From an uncultured virus (IMG/VR IMGVR_UViG_3300027374_000004) (taxonomy: Duplodnaviria; Heunggongvirae; Uroviricota; Caudoviricetes), in the IMG/VR virus record IMGVR_UViG_3300027374_000004: a stretch of DNA of 64,000 nt; one strand, 5' to 3'. The position numbers and the translations under genes were made by a program. Shown here piece by piece: positions 35,682-45,128 of the stretch; position 1 is the first letter of the stretch; every line of letters starts with the position of its first letter. The notes under the pieces were generated by a model. It ran no database searches. It had not been told where the DNA came from and worked only from the letters and a program-made list of their open reading frames with translations.

Positions 35682-37604
35682 CTACAATTCTCCAAAGTAG
35701 TCATCAATTCCTCGTGAGCGTTTTCGCTTTTTCTGCGGTACTGGTTTCGGAACCTGGATTGCTTTTTCTGGAGCTACAGACTGCCCCCTCGCAATTTTTA
35801 ACTTTCGATCAATCGCATCGAGATCCTTTGGCATGGCCTTGAATGCCGCATTTGCATAGTTCCGTAAATCAAGCGGCTCGTTACGTTCATGGCCGGGTAT
35901 CTTCTCCCATTGCCATGGTTGCTTATGATTCGACTTGTAAACCAAATGCTCTGACAGAAGCCCATGAAAATAGGCGCCGCCGTAATCATCACGCCGGGGA
36001 AAATGACAAAAGCGTGGACCCGGCGTTTGTACCCGCAGATTATCCATAATGACCTGCTTGCCTGCGTCTACACCAATTTGGTACTGCCAGCAATACCCAA
36101 TGATTCTCTGATTAACCACAATCTTTTGACGCTTGGGAGCGTCCGTATAGGGCTTATCAGGACCGGGCATACCCTTCACACAGAAAACTTTTTTTCCTAT
36201 TCTCTTCTGACACTGCGTCCTGACCTCCTGTGTAAAGTGTCCGCCTTCGTCCACAAATTTCATGGATACAGCAAGTCGTATCCCATCGGAAAAAGAAAGT
36301 ACCCGGTCGAAAACAAGCTCATCGAGTTGTCTCCAAACTGCCTCATCATCTGGTCTACCGAATACAACACCTTTCTCAATCCCCCAGGATTCACCGAAAT
36401 GACCATGACCCACAATTTCATATTCCATACGGTCATCTTGGGTGTCAACGCCGGCAGTCAAAACAAGCACACCGTCCGGCAGCTCTGCACCGTATTCCTC
36501 ACGTCTGCCAAGAATGGTATCTTCATCTTCGATATCGCCCCGGTTCTCCCACAACTGGCCGAAGCAGGTGTTATAGACAACCTGCATTTTTCCAGTGTCA
36601 CCTAATGCCTCAAGGTATTGCAGAACGATGGTATTCCAACTTTTCCACTGGCTCACAAAGGCATTTAACCAAAATGATCGTGTGCCATTTGCAAGTGCTG
36701 CAGGATTATCAGCCTCCCATTTGGCAGGTTGCCGCTTCATCGTGATTTCGTCCGATATGCACCCGCAACCCGGACAAATATACCATACGCTTTTTACGGT
36801 ATAGGTCTTTGCCTTTGCCACTTCCTCTTCTTTGTATTCGTAGCGAATCTGCTCCCATTGGATTTCATGATATTCTCCACAATGGGGACATTTGGACTTC
36901 CAGCGCTCCATTGTCCCCTTGTTATAGGCTTTCTCAATATTGCTTGTGCCTTTGATGGTAGGTGTTGAAACCTCCACCGCCTTTGCATTATAGAATGTAG
37001 TCTGACGAGCCATGGCCAAATCCCACGGGTCACCTTCGTTTCCGGCGCTCACAGCCCAGCGGTCTCTTTCATCACCAAACACATACCGAATCGGCTTTGA
37101 TGCCAAGGAATGGGCTTCCGTAGAGCCACATAGTGTCAAAATGCCGCCCGGATAGCTCTTTTGGAGTATGGTATTTGCGCTGTCCCTGCTCTTTTCCGGT
37201 GCCACTCTCTTTTTCAAGGTGGGGCAGTCCCGGATCATTGGGGCTATACGCAATTTGGAGTACTCTTTTGCGTCAACGCCAGTGGGGTGAACGAACAGCA
37301 TTGAACCGGGGTCTTGATCGATAACGTAACCAATACAGTTATTCAGCACTTCGCTTTTTCCAACCTGTGAGGCCGCTACAACTACCTCATGACGTATTTT
37401 GGGGTCAGAAAAGGCGTCCATTATTTCCCGGAGATAGGGAGTGCGTTCAGTGCGCCACGGTCCTGGTTCTGCACTGCTTTCTGACGACAAGCGCCGGTTC
37501 TTTTCTGCCCACTCCGTCACTGTAAAATCTTTTGGCGGCAAAAGATTTTTATACAGTTTCGCACCCAGTCTGGCTGTTCGCTTAGGGATTTCTTTAGTCA
37601 TCAT
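35682..37604 (-). CDS. terL: Terminase large subunit (lambda gpA family)
   Basis: SQVGKS, DERDR, STPT, CPHC, GVDTQ and NEPLD motifs. Confidence 0.96.
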   Translation of the reverse strand: MMTKEIPKRTARLGAKLYKNLLPPKDFTVTEWAEKNRRLSSESSAEPGPWRTERTPYLREIMDAFSDPKIRHEVVVAASQVGKSEVLNNCIGYVIDQDPGSMLFVHPTGVDAKEYSKLRIAPMIRDCPTLKKRVAPEKSRDSANTILQKSYPGGILTLCGSTEAHSLASKPIRYVFGDERDRWAVSAGNEGDPWDLAMARQTTFYNAKAVEVSTPTIKGTSNIEKAYNKGTMERWKSKCPHCGEYHEIQWEQIRYEYKEEEVAKAKTYTVKSVWYICPGCGCISDEITMKRQPAKWEADNPAALANGTRSFWLNAFVSQWKSWNTIVLQYLEALGDTGKMQVVYNTCFGQLWENRGDIEDEDTILGRREEYGAELPDGVLVLTAGVDTQDDRMEYEIVGHGHFGESWGIEKGVVFGRPDDEAVWRQLDELVFDRVLSFSDGIRLAVSMKFVDEGGHFTQEVRTQCQKRIGKKVFCVKGMPGPDKPYTDAPKRQKIVVNQRIIGYCWQYQIGVDAGKQVIMDNLRVQTPGPRFCHFPRRDDYGGAYFHGLLSEHLVYKSNHKQPWQWEKIPGHERNEPLDLRNYANAAFKAMPKDLDAIDRKLKIARGQSVAPEKAIQVPKPVPQKKRKRSRGIDDYFGEL

Positions 37605-38151
37605 CAAGCTCACGCTCCATATCCCATGCCCGGCGGTCGCGCACTCTTTCTTCGTATCGAGCCGGATCATAGTTATAGTCTGCAAGCTCTGTCATGATCT
37701 GGTGAACCTCTTTCTGGATAATTGCAGAAGCCTCCGCAGGGGTTTGAACTCCGGCAACGTCCACCGCTAGCCGTCCGGGCAATGCCAGCAAGGCGCTGCG
37801 CATAGCGAAAATCATATCGCCTACCAGAGCCTCAATATCTTCTTCTCTGTGCATTTTTCCCTTCAGCTCGTCCGCCTCCAACTTGGCAATGTCAGCTTTT
37901 GATTTCTTCAGCAGAGCGTCAGCGGCACGTTTGGTTCTCTCAATCTTCTTTTCGTCCTCGTCTTGTTTGTCATGTTCCTTACTTCCAAAATATCTTTGGA
38001 TCGTGTCGATCATATTGTAAACGCTGTTCCCAGCCTTTTTTACCACACCGTCCTCGACAAGCCGCCGGAGATGACGGGCAGAAATTCCAAGAATAAGAGC
38101 CATTTCAGGGGGAGAAACAAGCGTTTCCTCTGTGATTTTTTGCTGATTCAT
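37594..38151 (-). CDS. terS: Terminase small subunit (Nu1-like)
   Basis: N-terminal winged HTH MA.ILGIS.R.LRRL; LLALPGRLA. Confidence 0.85.
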   Translation of the reverse strand: MNQQKITEETLVSPPEMALILGISARHLRRLVEDGVVKKAGNSVYNMIDTIQRYFGSKEHDKQDEDEKKIERTKRAADALLKKSKADIAKLEADELKGKMHREEDIEALVGDMIFAMRSALLALPGRLAVDVAGVQTPAEASAIIQKEVHQIMTELADYNYDPARYEERVRDRRAWDMERELDDD

Positions 38152-38229
38152 CGCTATTTTCTCTCCTTTCCTCTCTTTTTTCTCTTTGGGACCGGACACA
38201 GCTGTTTTTTTCCATGGTAACTAGGCGTT

Positions 38230-38280
38230 TTTCGGGGTCGTCGAGCCCGCAGAGCATGGGGTGGGGCCGTCACAGTACCT
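38230..38280 (-). other. Candidate cos site
   Basis: Upstream of terS: AGGTACT (cosQ-like) then dyad CGGG-CTCGACGAC-CCCG resembling lambda GGGCGGCGACCT. Confidence 0.5.
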
Positions 38281-38401
38281 TTTTCTGCGTTGCAACCACC
38301 CTATGCGCTGTTTTTTGGTGCGGCAAGGTTTACTACTTGCCTTTAATCCTAACCGCCTTATGCGAGCTCTTATGGCCGTTTCCCGCTGTTTCCTCAGCGA
38401 A

Positions 38402-38923
38402 TCAGATGCGTGCGAGGATCTCAGCACGACTATAGGTCTTTCCTTGTGCCATCATGTTGATAAATTCTTCCTTGGAGAAATCAGACAACCGAAATATTTC
38501 TTCCGGCCGCATACCAAGCTGCTTGCTTATCTCTTTTACGTCTTTACCTTCGTCCAAAAGCTTCTTGACAATTGCTTTCATAGGTTCGAGGAGATGAGTG
38601 CCACGAGCACGGTTGTGCGTGATAGTTCCATACATATCCTCGGCTTCACTGTCGTGTTGTACGATTACTACCGGCACCTTACCGCTGAGCTTCGTTTTCA
38701 GCGGTTCCCGTCCTGAAACCGTCCAGCGGTGGAACCCGTCAATGATCGTGTAGTCCGGGCGGCATACAATGGGAAGCGTCCAGCCATTGGTGAGTATTGA
38801 CTGTACCAGCAGCTTTAAGTTTTCCTCACTTACCTTGTTAGGGTTATAATCGTTTGCATGTAGGAGCTTACGATCCACCCATTGCAAAGACCCGAGAGGG
38901 GAGAAGAGGTCTATCTCAGCCAT
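38402..38923 (-). CDS. ParB/Srx-like protein (IbrB-like)
   Basis: NDYNPN, GWTLPIV, IIDGFHR and TI.HNRARG.H motifs. Confidence 0.9.
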   Translation of the reverse strand: MAEIDLFSPLGSLQWVDRKLLHANDYNPNKVSEENLKLLVQSILTNGWTLPIVCRPDYTIIDGFHRWTVSGREPLKTKLSGKVPVVIVQHDSEAEDMYGTITHNRARGTHLLEPMKAIVKKLLDEGKDVKEISKQLGMRPEEIFRLSDFSKEEFINMMAQGKTYSRAEILARI

Positions 38924-40076
38924 GTATCTCACCACCCTTCGCCCGGAACTTTTTGGCATAGGTAGCATAATCACCGAACACATTTTGATACACGGCTCGC
39001 AGGGTGCGAAGTTTGGGATCTCCGGCTACCAGCGCATCGTACATCTTTTTATAGTGTTTTGGAAGGGCCATTGCGTCAATCTTGATGAAAGCGTGCTTGT
39101 ACTGCTTTCCGACACGACGTGTTGTTGGATTGGTAAAGTGCCGGTCAAATTCTTCAAAGAGCATCTTTCTCACCAGCTCCTTGAAATCCCGTTTGTCACC
39201 TGCCTCATTCTGGCGCCTGGTTTTGGAGCTGCGCTTGTACCATTCCGTATCCCAATAGAGCAGGGTCATGTAGGCATTTGGTTCCCGCCGTTCGATTCTT
39301 TGCCAAAGATCGGGATCTGTTTCAGCAACATGTTTTAGTCCCCGGAGGCTGTCACAGGCAAAGAAGTTGGAGATCCGAAGCGAATGGCGGTTTTCTCCGG
39401 CCTGGTATATCCACAGGTACGCTTCGGGAATATCCAGGTGATTATCTCGAATGTACATCCACACATCGTTGTCGGTCCAGTCGTAGATGGGATAGATGGT
39501 GTTCGAGCCAGTAATTCCCTGCCGGCCAATATTAAGTGTACTCATGTACTGGAGCCGCTGCAGTGATTCCGCAGCACGGACACCGGTCATCATGATTCCG
39601 TCCTTAGTAATCCGGGGAAGGAAGGTCTGATAGTTTACGCTGCCCACTTTCGTCATATATGGGCTAGACGTGATGGCGAAAGCAGGAGGCTTCCGCACCC
39701 ACACATCTTCTTTGCCCGGCTCCCAGGTGATCCAGCTCTCATCATTCGTGAGCTGGTTAAAACAGGACACTTGCTTCAGTGGAAGACAATACCAGTCGAA
39801 CTTGGCACCCGCCATGAGAAATTTCTTGCGCCAGGATTTCATCGCATCGATTGAACAGTCGTAAATCGCTTCTTCGTCAATGAAAATACAGGTAAGCTGC
39901 CCAGCGTCGATCTCTCCACGCTGAATCAGTTTGTACACAATGTCTGCCATGCAGATAGAGTCTTTGCCGCCTGACAGGCTCATATAAACCTTTACGCCAT
40001 TGGAGAAAATGTTCCGTACCCTTATGAAAGCGGCATCGACACAGCTCATGGAACCCTTGGATCTCTTTACAGCCAT
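38916..40076 (-). CDS. PAPS reductase family protein (IbrA-like)
   Basis: SLSGGKDS, FIDEE, GVRAAES..R and PIYDW...DVW motifs. Confidence 0.9.
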   Translation of the reverse strand: MAVKRSKGSMSCVDAAFIRVRNIFSNGVKVYMSLSGGKDSICMADIVYKLIQRGEIDAGQLTCIFIDEEAIYDCSIDAMKSWRKKFLMAGAKFDWYCLPLKQVSCFNQLTNDESWITWEPGKEDVWVRKPPAFAITSSPYMTKVGSVNYQTFLPRITKDGIMMTGVRAAESLQRLQYMSTLNIGRQGITGSNTIYPIYDWTDNDVWMYIRDNHLDIPEAYLWIYQAGENRHSLRISNFFACDSLRGLKHVAETDPDLWQRIERREPNAYMTLLYWDTEWYKRSSKTRRQNEAGDKRDFKELVRKMLFEEFDRHFTNPTTRRVGKQYKHAFIKIDAMALPKHYKKMYDALVAGDPKLRTLRAVYQNVFGDYATYAKKFRAKGGEIHG

Positions 40077-40672
40077 ATCTTCTCACCACATTTCGGGCAG
40101 ACCACATACTTACCAACGGGCTGCGTATCCTCAGCGTGATCGGTATTTGCATCGGAGATGTCTGCGGATTGTGCTGTCCGCATTTCCTCCTCTTTTTGAT
40201 AAGTCTCTGCGGCGCCGGTCATTTCGGATTTCTTTTCCTCGGTGATCAGACCGTAGGACGACATGATCTTGTCCACGTCTTCGGAATCTGCGACAAGAGA
40301 GCGAAGCAGCTCATCATCATATCCGGGGACATCAAGGTCATCTCCCAGCTCAGCTATCAGTTCATCGAACACCTTCAGATCATCAACGCCAAGATCGAAA
40401 ATGCGATTATCTGCCATCATCAGCTTTTTCTTCTCATTTTCAGAAAGACCCTGAACGACATAGCAGTCCGCATTTTCTCTACCCATTGAAAGAAGCGTTT
40501 CGTACAGACCATTTCCGGCGAGAATCACGCCATTTTCATCACAAACGATGGGACGAATCTGCCCGAACATTTCAACAGATCGGCGGAACTCCGTAATCTG
40601 TTTGTCTGTATGCATGCGAACGTTCTTTTCCGGCCGGTGCAGTTCTGAGAGCTTTTTGGTGACGGTTTTCAT
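40067..40672 (-). CDS. ParB N-terminal domain protein with C-terminal CPxCG
   Basis: N.R.H...QI, FG..RPIV, ILAG.G and ADNR motifs. Confidence 0.88.
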   Translation of the reverse strand: MKTVTKKLSELHRPEKNVRMHTDKQITEFRRSVEMFGQIRPIVCDENGVILAGNGLYETLLSMGRENADCYVVQGLSENEKKKLMMADNRIFDLGVDDLKVFDELIAELGDDLDVPGYDDELLRSLVADSEDVDKIMSSYGLITEEKKSEMTGAAETYQKEEEMRTAQSADISDANTDHAEDTQPVGKYVVCPKCGEKIWL

Positions 40673-41670
40673 GCCCTCACCGCCTTTCGTTTCTCCCAGA
40701 TATGCCAACCAACGGCAACCAGGATTCCTGCACCAACAAGGTAAATGCGGATCGATGCCATGAGCGTCCACATGCCCATGACGCCGATGGGGACAAGGAT
40801 ATGCCACAACGTAATCAGAGCTACGTTGACAGCGAGACCAATTTTCTTTCCAAAGGCGATGTAAATGCTGTACATAGCAGATGAGAGAGTTGACGTGCCA
40901 ATAATGGTAATCAGAATGGCTTTTACAACGCTCAGCGCCGGCGTAAAGTTCGCCCAAGCCAGCAAAAACGTGATTGCCATATAGATTCCAAAGAACACGC
41001 CGCCCAAGGTGAACGCTTTCTTCATGTTCACCTTGGCTGTTCCATCTTCGTTCTTTTCGTTGTAGGAAAGGATCTTAAAGAAATATGGATAGGTAAACGG
41101 TCCGGGGAGCAGCAAAACAGATTTCCAAATGCCCTGCCCCAAGTTTGCACGGTCAAATCCCATAGAAATTTCATTGAGATTTCCCCAGGAATGGAACAGA
41201 GCAGCGACGGTGACAGCCAATGCAAGCAGATATACGATGATCCAGCCAAATCCGTCTGTCAGTACGTTTCGGATCATACCGAAGCGGAACAGGATAATCA
41301 AAAATACAACTGCTTCCACATACGCAATAAAGGTGCCTCCGACCGTTCCGATCGGCGTATCAGCAAATACTGCCTGCATTCCGTTCATTGATAACCAACT
41401 CTGGAACACACACATCACGCCGCAGACCCACATCATGGGCCTGGAGCAAAACACATCACGTACCTTTGGAATCTTTGTGGCTGCAACACCAAACAAGATA
41501 CAAGCTACCGTGTTTCCGGCAACCCAAATCAGCGATGGAACAATACCGTAGGTTTGCGTCATGACCACACCGTTCATCAGCGAACCGATACCAGCCCATG
41601 TTGCACAAATACTCAGTGCATAGTACAGCAGGGGATTGCTTTTGAATTTTTCCTTAATAGCTTTAATCAC
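40669..41670 (-). CDS. Polytopic membrane protein, solute:sodium symporter-like
   Basis: About 10 hydrophobic segments; SI.ATW.G.GS N-terminal and STLSS motifs. Confidence 0.75.
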   Translation of the reverse strand: MIKAIKEKFKSNPLLYYALSICATWAGIGSLMNGVVMTQTYGIVPSLIWVAGNTVACILFGVAATKIPKVRDVFCSRPMMWVCGVMCVFQSWLSMNGMQAVFADTPIGTVGGTFIAYVEAVVFLIILFRFGMIRNVLTDGFGWIIVYLLALAVTVAALFHSWGNLNEISMGFDRANLGQGIWKSVLLLPGPFTYPYFFKILSYNEKNEDGTAKVNMKKAFTLGGVFFGIYMAITFLLAWANFTPALSVVKAILITIIGTSTLSSAMYSIYIAFGKKIGLAVNVALITLWHILVPIGVMGMWTLMASIRIYLVGAGILVAVGWHIWEKRKAVRA

Positions 41671-41688
41671 TTTCGTGTCCTCCTTTTT

Positions 41689-41763
41689 TCATGTGCCCGC
41701 TGCCAGCCTCTTAGGCGAACCGATACCAGCCCGAGCTATACCCTGCGCAAAGGAGAAACGCAA
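41689..41763 (-). CDS. Putative 24-aa leader peptide
   Basis: AGAAAGGAGG SD, TTG start; MRFSFAQGIARAGIGSPKRLAAGT. Confidence 0.45.
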   Translation of the reverse strand: MRFSFAQGIARAGIGSPKRLAAGT

Positions 41764-41936
41764 GGCCAAAAGCCTCCTTTCTGCATAAAAGTAGCGACCC
41801 CTCCAAAAAGGGGCCGCTTGGCTATGTAGAATTTTACAAGCTACACGATACCACACCTATAACGTGTTTGCAAGGATCATGAGGCGTCACGTTGTGCCAC
41901 GTCGAAACAGTAGGGGATATGTCGTAGCACATTGTT

Positions 41937-42347
41937 TCAGCGGGAAACAGATCGGGGTAATTTCATGTACCGATAGCAGGTGGATTTAACACTTTCCTCA
42001 GTATTCCACCCACCCATCAGCCCGGCAACCTCTTTCCAGGTTAAGCCCCGGACAAACCGCAGCCGAAAAATCAGCTTGGTGCAGCCATCGTCTATGGTGG
42101 AAATAAACTCTGTGATTCTTTGTTCCTCAGCTTTTACAGCCTGCTGTAATTTGGCAATATCCGATTCCATTTCCAAGATTTCGATTGCCAGATCACCAAC
42201 CTTGTCTTTTACTCCAGGAGCGTGAGGCATTCCTGTAAGGACCTGCCCGGCTGGAGCAATAGACTCTTGCAAAGAGCGCAAAGTCTCCCTGCTCTCATGC
42301 AGCTTCTGTAAAAGGCGCCAGTGTTCAGTAAGCTCTCGTAATGTCAT
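41937..42347 (-). CDS. Late transcription activator (RinA/ArpU-like)
   Basis: TGMPH, IFRLRF..GLTW.EVA HTH; last early gene. Confidence 0.82.
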   Translation of the reverse strand: MTLRELTEHWRLLQKLHESRETLRSLQESIAPAGQVLTGMPHAPGVKDKVGDLAIEILEMESDIAKLQQAVKAEEQRITEFISTIDDGCTKLIFRLRFVRGLTWKEVAGLMGGWNTEESVKSTCYRYMKLPRSVSR

Positions 42348-42364
42348 CGAACAGTTCCCTCCTA

Positions 42365-42443
42365 TTGCATTATCTCAAACTGTCTGCTAAAATAGATTTT
42401 GGGTTACGGGGAGTCCGAGCACTTGCGAGGGCTTCTCTTTTTT
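42365..42443 (+). promoter_or_regulatory. Antisense promoter plus terminator (putative ~45-nt sRNA)
   Basis: TTGCAT-17-TAAAAT with extended -10 TG; hairpin GGGGAGTCC/GGGCTTCTC plus T tract. Confidence 0.6.
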
Positions 42444-42846
42444 ATGCCTTTTTGCCGGATCCGTCGTTGGAAGTGACCGTGAACGGGATAAACATCTCCG
42501 GTAGGAAATTCACCTCGTACCGATATTCGTCTACAGAAGCGCCGGAAACATCTTCGACCACATAGCAAGTCCAGTCATTCAGGTAAACCATGTGCTTTTT
42601 GTAGCGCCCTTTTGTAACTTCCACGGTGATTTCCAGCTCGTTTTCCATGTTGTTTGAAATGGAAAACCTGCCAATCAGCTCAAACAGGGGCTTGTCCGTT
42701 CTGGCGTTGATTACAGCCAGTCTCCGGGTAACGTTGAAATTGTCTGCTTGTTGGGAAATATTATGGGAAACTTTATCAGCCTCCGTACACCCGCAGAGAG
42801 ACAGAAGCATGACGGCACACAGCAGAATTGACAATACTTTTTTCAT
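42442..42846 (-). CDS. Phage lipoprotein
   Basis: Signal peptide with lipobox LCGC; V..NIS..ADNF.V.RR. Confidence 0.8.
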   Translation of the reverse strand: MKKVLSILLCAVMLLSLCGCTEADKVSHNISQQADNFNVTRRLAVINARTDKPLFELIGRFSISNNMENELEITVEVTKGRYKKHMVYLNDWTCYVVEDVSGASVDEYRYEVNFLPEMFIPFTVTSNDGSGKKA

Positions 42847-42847
42847 T

Positions 42848-43168
42848 TCATTTTTCCTCACTTTCATTTTTTAAGTCCATCTTTGCCCCGCAGTTGGGTC
42901 AGTAATTATAATTTAAAATGCAAGTCCCGTAATGCTCAAACCCACAGGCAGAGCAACGATCCCCCTCAATCTCTTTTCTCCAATCCTCAAAGCACGGTTC
43001 CCACCGTCCATGCACTACCGGGGCAACGTCGGCGGCGGGCAGCTTTTCCATCTCATCTTGCAAACCCTGAATCTCTTTTGGCGTAATGTATCGGTCTTCG
43101 ATAAAACCTGTGGCCATCATGTTCGCAATGGCGTCAACAACAAATCTCCGCTCTATGTACTCAGCCAT
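42848..43168 (-). pseudogene. Zinc-ribbon hypothetical protein with in-frame TGA
   Basis: ADVAPV.HGRW..CS.CG..NY*PNCGAKMD; TGA at 42899-42901 sits where Cys is expected. Confidence 0.75.
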
Positions 43169-43236
43169 TGTCTTCTCCTTCTTCCACTGGAATCAAAATG
43201 TATTTGGGAATCAATATGTAACCGTGTTCACCCATC

Positions 43237-43650
43237 TTAATCACCTCCTATGATACCAGATAGCTGGACGGCTTCGCCGGGTTTCAGAGACGGGAACCTG
43301 GTGGGATCACAGCCAAAAATGCTTTCTTCATCTGTGTTGTACACCATGACCCAATCAAAATTAACGCCAGCTGGATAAAATATCTCTTTCGCCTCCGGCC
43401 ACACAACCTTAATTGCTTTGGCCAGTTCCATTTCCTCCGGCGTCCAGCAAGGTATTTTGTGGATACATTCCGGGTGGTTGATCATGTGGCACAGAGCAGT
43501 AGACCTCACTTTGCCCCTTCCACAAATGATCCTTCCGTCTTCCCTGATTTCCAATTCTCCAAGGTCTTTGTAAGGATAGTCTGCTATAAACCTTTCTCCG
43601 ACCTCAACCCCCAGAATCTCGCAAATGCGGGGCTTAGACTTGTTTTCCAT
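43237..43650 (-). CDS. Hypothetical phage protein
   Basis: KPRICEILGVEVGE.F; SD present. Confidence 0.7.
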   Translation of the reverse strand: MENKSKPRICEILGVEVGERFIADYPYKDLGELEIREDGRIICGRGKVRSTALCHMINHPECIHKIPCWTPEEMELAKAIKVVWPEAKEIFYPAGVNFDWVMVYNTDEESIFGCDPTRFPSLKPGEAVQLSGIIGGD

Positions 43651-43960
43651 GTTCTTCTCCTTTCTCCGGCTTGCGGCGGTAGGCAAGTCCTACGATCTTT
43701 GCAAGATCAATGCTGCCTCCACGATCAAGCCATACGACGTTATCATCGGTGTCTACCAATCCCCATACACCGCCTGCGATTTCCAGCCACACCGGATCCC
43801 CGTCCATCTCCCGCAGCTCCTCAAGGGTCAGAGGGGAGTTGGGCGGCGGGGTAATGGTAGGTTGCGTGTTGAGGAAATGTTCCATTAAAACTGCATCGTG
43901 CACTCCTCCGTAATTTGCACGTGCGTCTTTTATCGCAGCATCTGCATCAATCAGCCTCAT
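43634..43960 (-). CDS. Hypothetical phage protein
   Basis: MRLIDAD and PLTLEELREMDG.PVW patterns. Confidence 0.75.
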   Translation of the reverse strand: MRLIDADAAIKDARANYGGVHDAVLMEHFLNTQPTITPPPNSPLTLEELREMDGDPVWLEIAGGVWGLVDTDDNVVWLDRGGSIDLAKIVGLAYRRKPEKGEEHGKQV

Positions 43961-44444
43961 TGTCTGCCTCCTCCCTCTTTTTCAGCGCTGCCTCGGCTTC
44001 TTCACGAGTCATAAAGACGGTTTTGCCAAGTGCCGAGGCTTCAAATCCGTTTACATTCGAGTAAATTCCGTCAATCAGTTCCCACCCAATAAGCACAGAA
44101 CAAGTGGAAATGTGAATGGATATGACTTTGTAGATTGATATGAAGCCTCGTTTATTAGCCTCATAAACAATATCCCCGACCTTGCACGGCAGCACCGCCA
44201 GCCGTCCGTCCTTCTCGGCTTGGAGAAGCTCCTCGAGGTGATCAATATAACCACCTTCGATCATGTGTCGAAACATTTTGGCTATTTTTGCCACATCGTC
44301 GGAGCATAATTCCTTGATATCTTCTGGCTCCAGACCTGTGTCCTCATAGGCTGCGAGTCGGTCTACCTCCGGGAAATCACCGTACACAACCCCGTTTAGG
44401 CGTATACACCAGTGCCCATTTTCAAAAAATGTCACTCGTTCCAT
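43947..44444 (-). CDS. Hypothetical phage protein
   Basis: RLAAYEDTGL.PE, LPCKVGD and GKTVF.TREEAE patterns. Confidence 0.78.
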   Translation of the reverse strand: MERVTFFENGHWCIRLNGVVYGDFPEVDRLAAYEDTGLEPEDIKELCSDDVAKIAKMFRHMIEGGYIDHLEELLQAEKDGRLAVLPCKVGDIVYEANKRGFISIYKVISIHISTCSVLIGWELIDGIYSNVNGFEASALGKTVFMTREEAEAALKKREEADNEAD

Positions 44445-44445
44445 G

Positions 44446-44757
44446 TCAATCCTCCTTCTTTGGGCCACGCCACTGCCAATATTCGCATTTGCGACTACCG
44501 CCAGCGGCAAGTATGCCATGCTGTTTTAGGTGATCGCAGGTCACCAGGTTTTTAGACTTTTCCCACCTTTGGCCGTTGATACAGCACCAGCACATACCAC
44601 ACAGATCATTCAGCGCTGCGTCCCGCTCCTCCAGCAGGGTTTCGATGGCAAAGCACATTTCGGCAATGAGGGATCTAGGCTCCTTAAATTCCCGCCGGAA
44701 ATGATTCCCATTCCAGCTATACCCACGCCTAATCAGGTCTTTGTAATCCATGTTCAT
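44446..44757 (-). CDS. Hypothetical Cys-containing phage protein
   Basis: ERDAAL.DL..C..C and WQWRG patterns. Confidence 0.7.
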   Translation of the reverse strand: MNMDYKDLIRRGYSWNGNHFRREFKEPRSLIAEMCFAIETLLEERDAALNDLCGMCWCCINGQRWEKSKNLVTCDHLKQHGILAAGGSRKCEYWQWRGPKKED

Positions 44758-45128
44758 TCTCCTTTCGGCGGCTCCGGCAGGGGCTGCCAGTGGGTTACAT
44801 GGCAATTGCAAGCTCGATTCCAGTTTCCTGTGATGTCGTAATAGCAATCAAGAACGCTCATTGTTGTACCATCATATCCGATCGGAGTTCCATTCTCGCC
44901 GTATTTGTGATTTTCATTCACGTCCATGCACCCACCGTGCCAATAATTTATACTTGTGCATATTAAATAGTGACCCTTGCGTTCCGGCAGTCTGTCCTCA
45001 ACGTTGATCCAGCCGCCGTCCTGCTGGGCACGGAGGGCGGAAACAGCCATCGAAACCGCACAATCAAAATCTGGGTCAATCCCATCTGCGCAGCGGGTCA
45101 GATAGTCAATCGCTTCTTCAGTGGTCAT
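44754..45128 (-). CDS. DUF551-domain protein
   Basis: WI.VEDRLP and VTHWQPLPEPP motifs. Confidence 0.85.
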   Translation of the reverse strand: MTTEEAIDYLTRCADGIDPDFDCAVSMAVSALRAQQDGGWINVEDRLPERKGHYLICTSINYWHGGCMDVNENHKYGENGTPIGYDGTTMSVLDCYYDITGNWNRACNCHVTHWQPLPEPPKGE

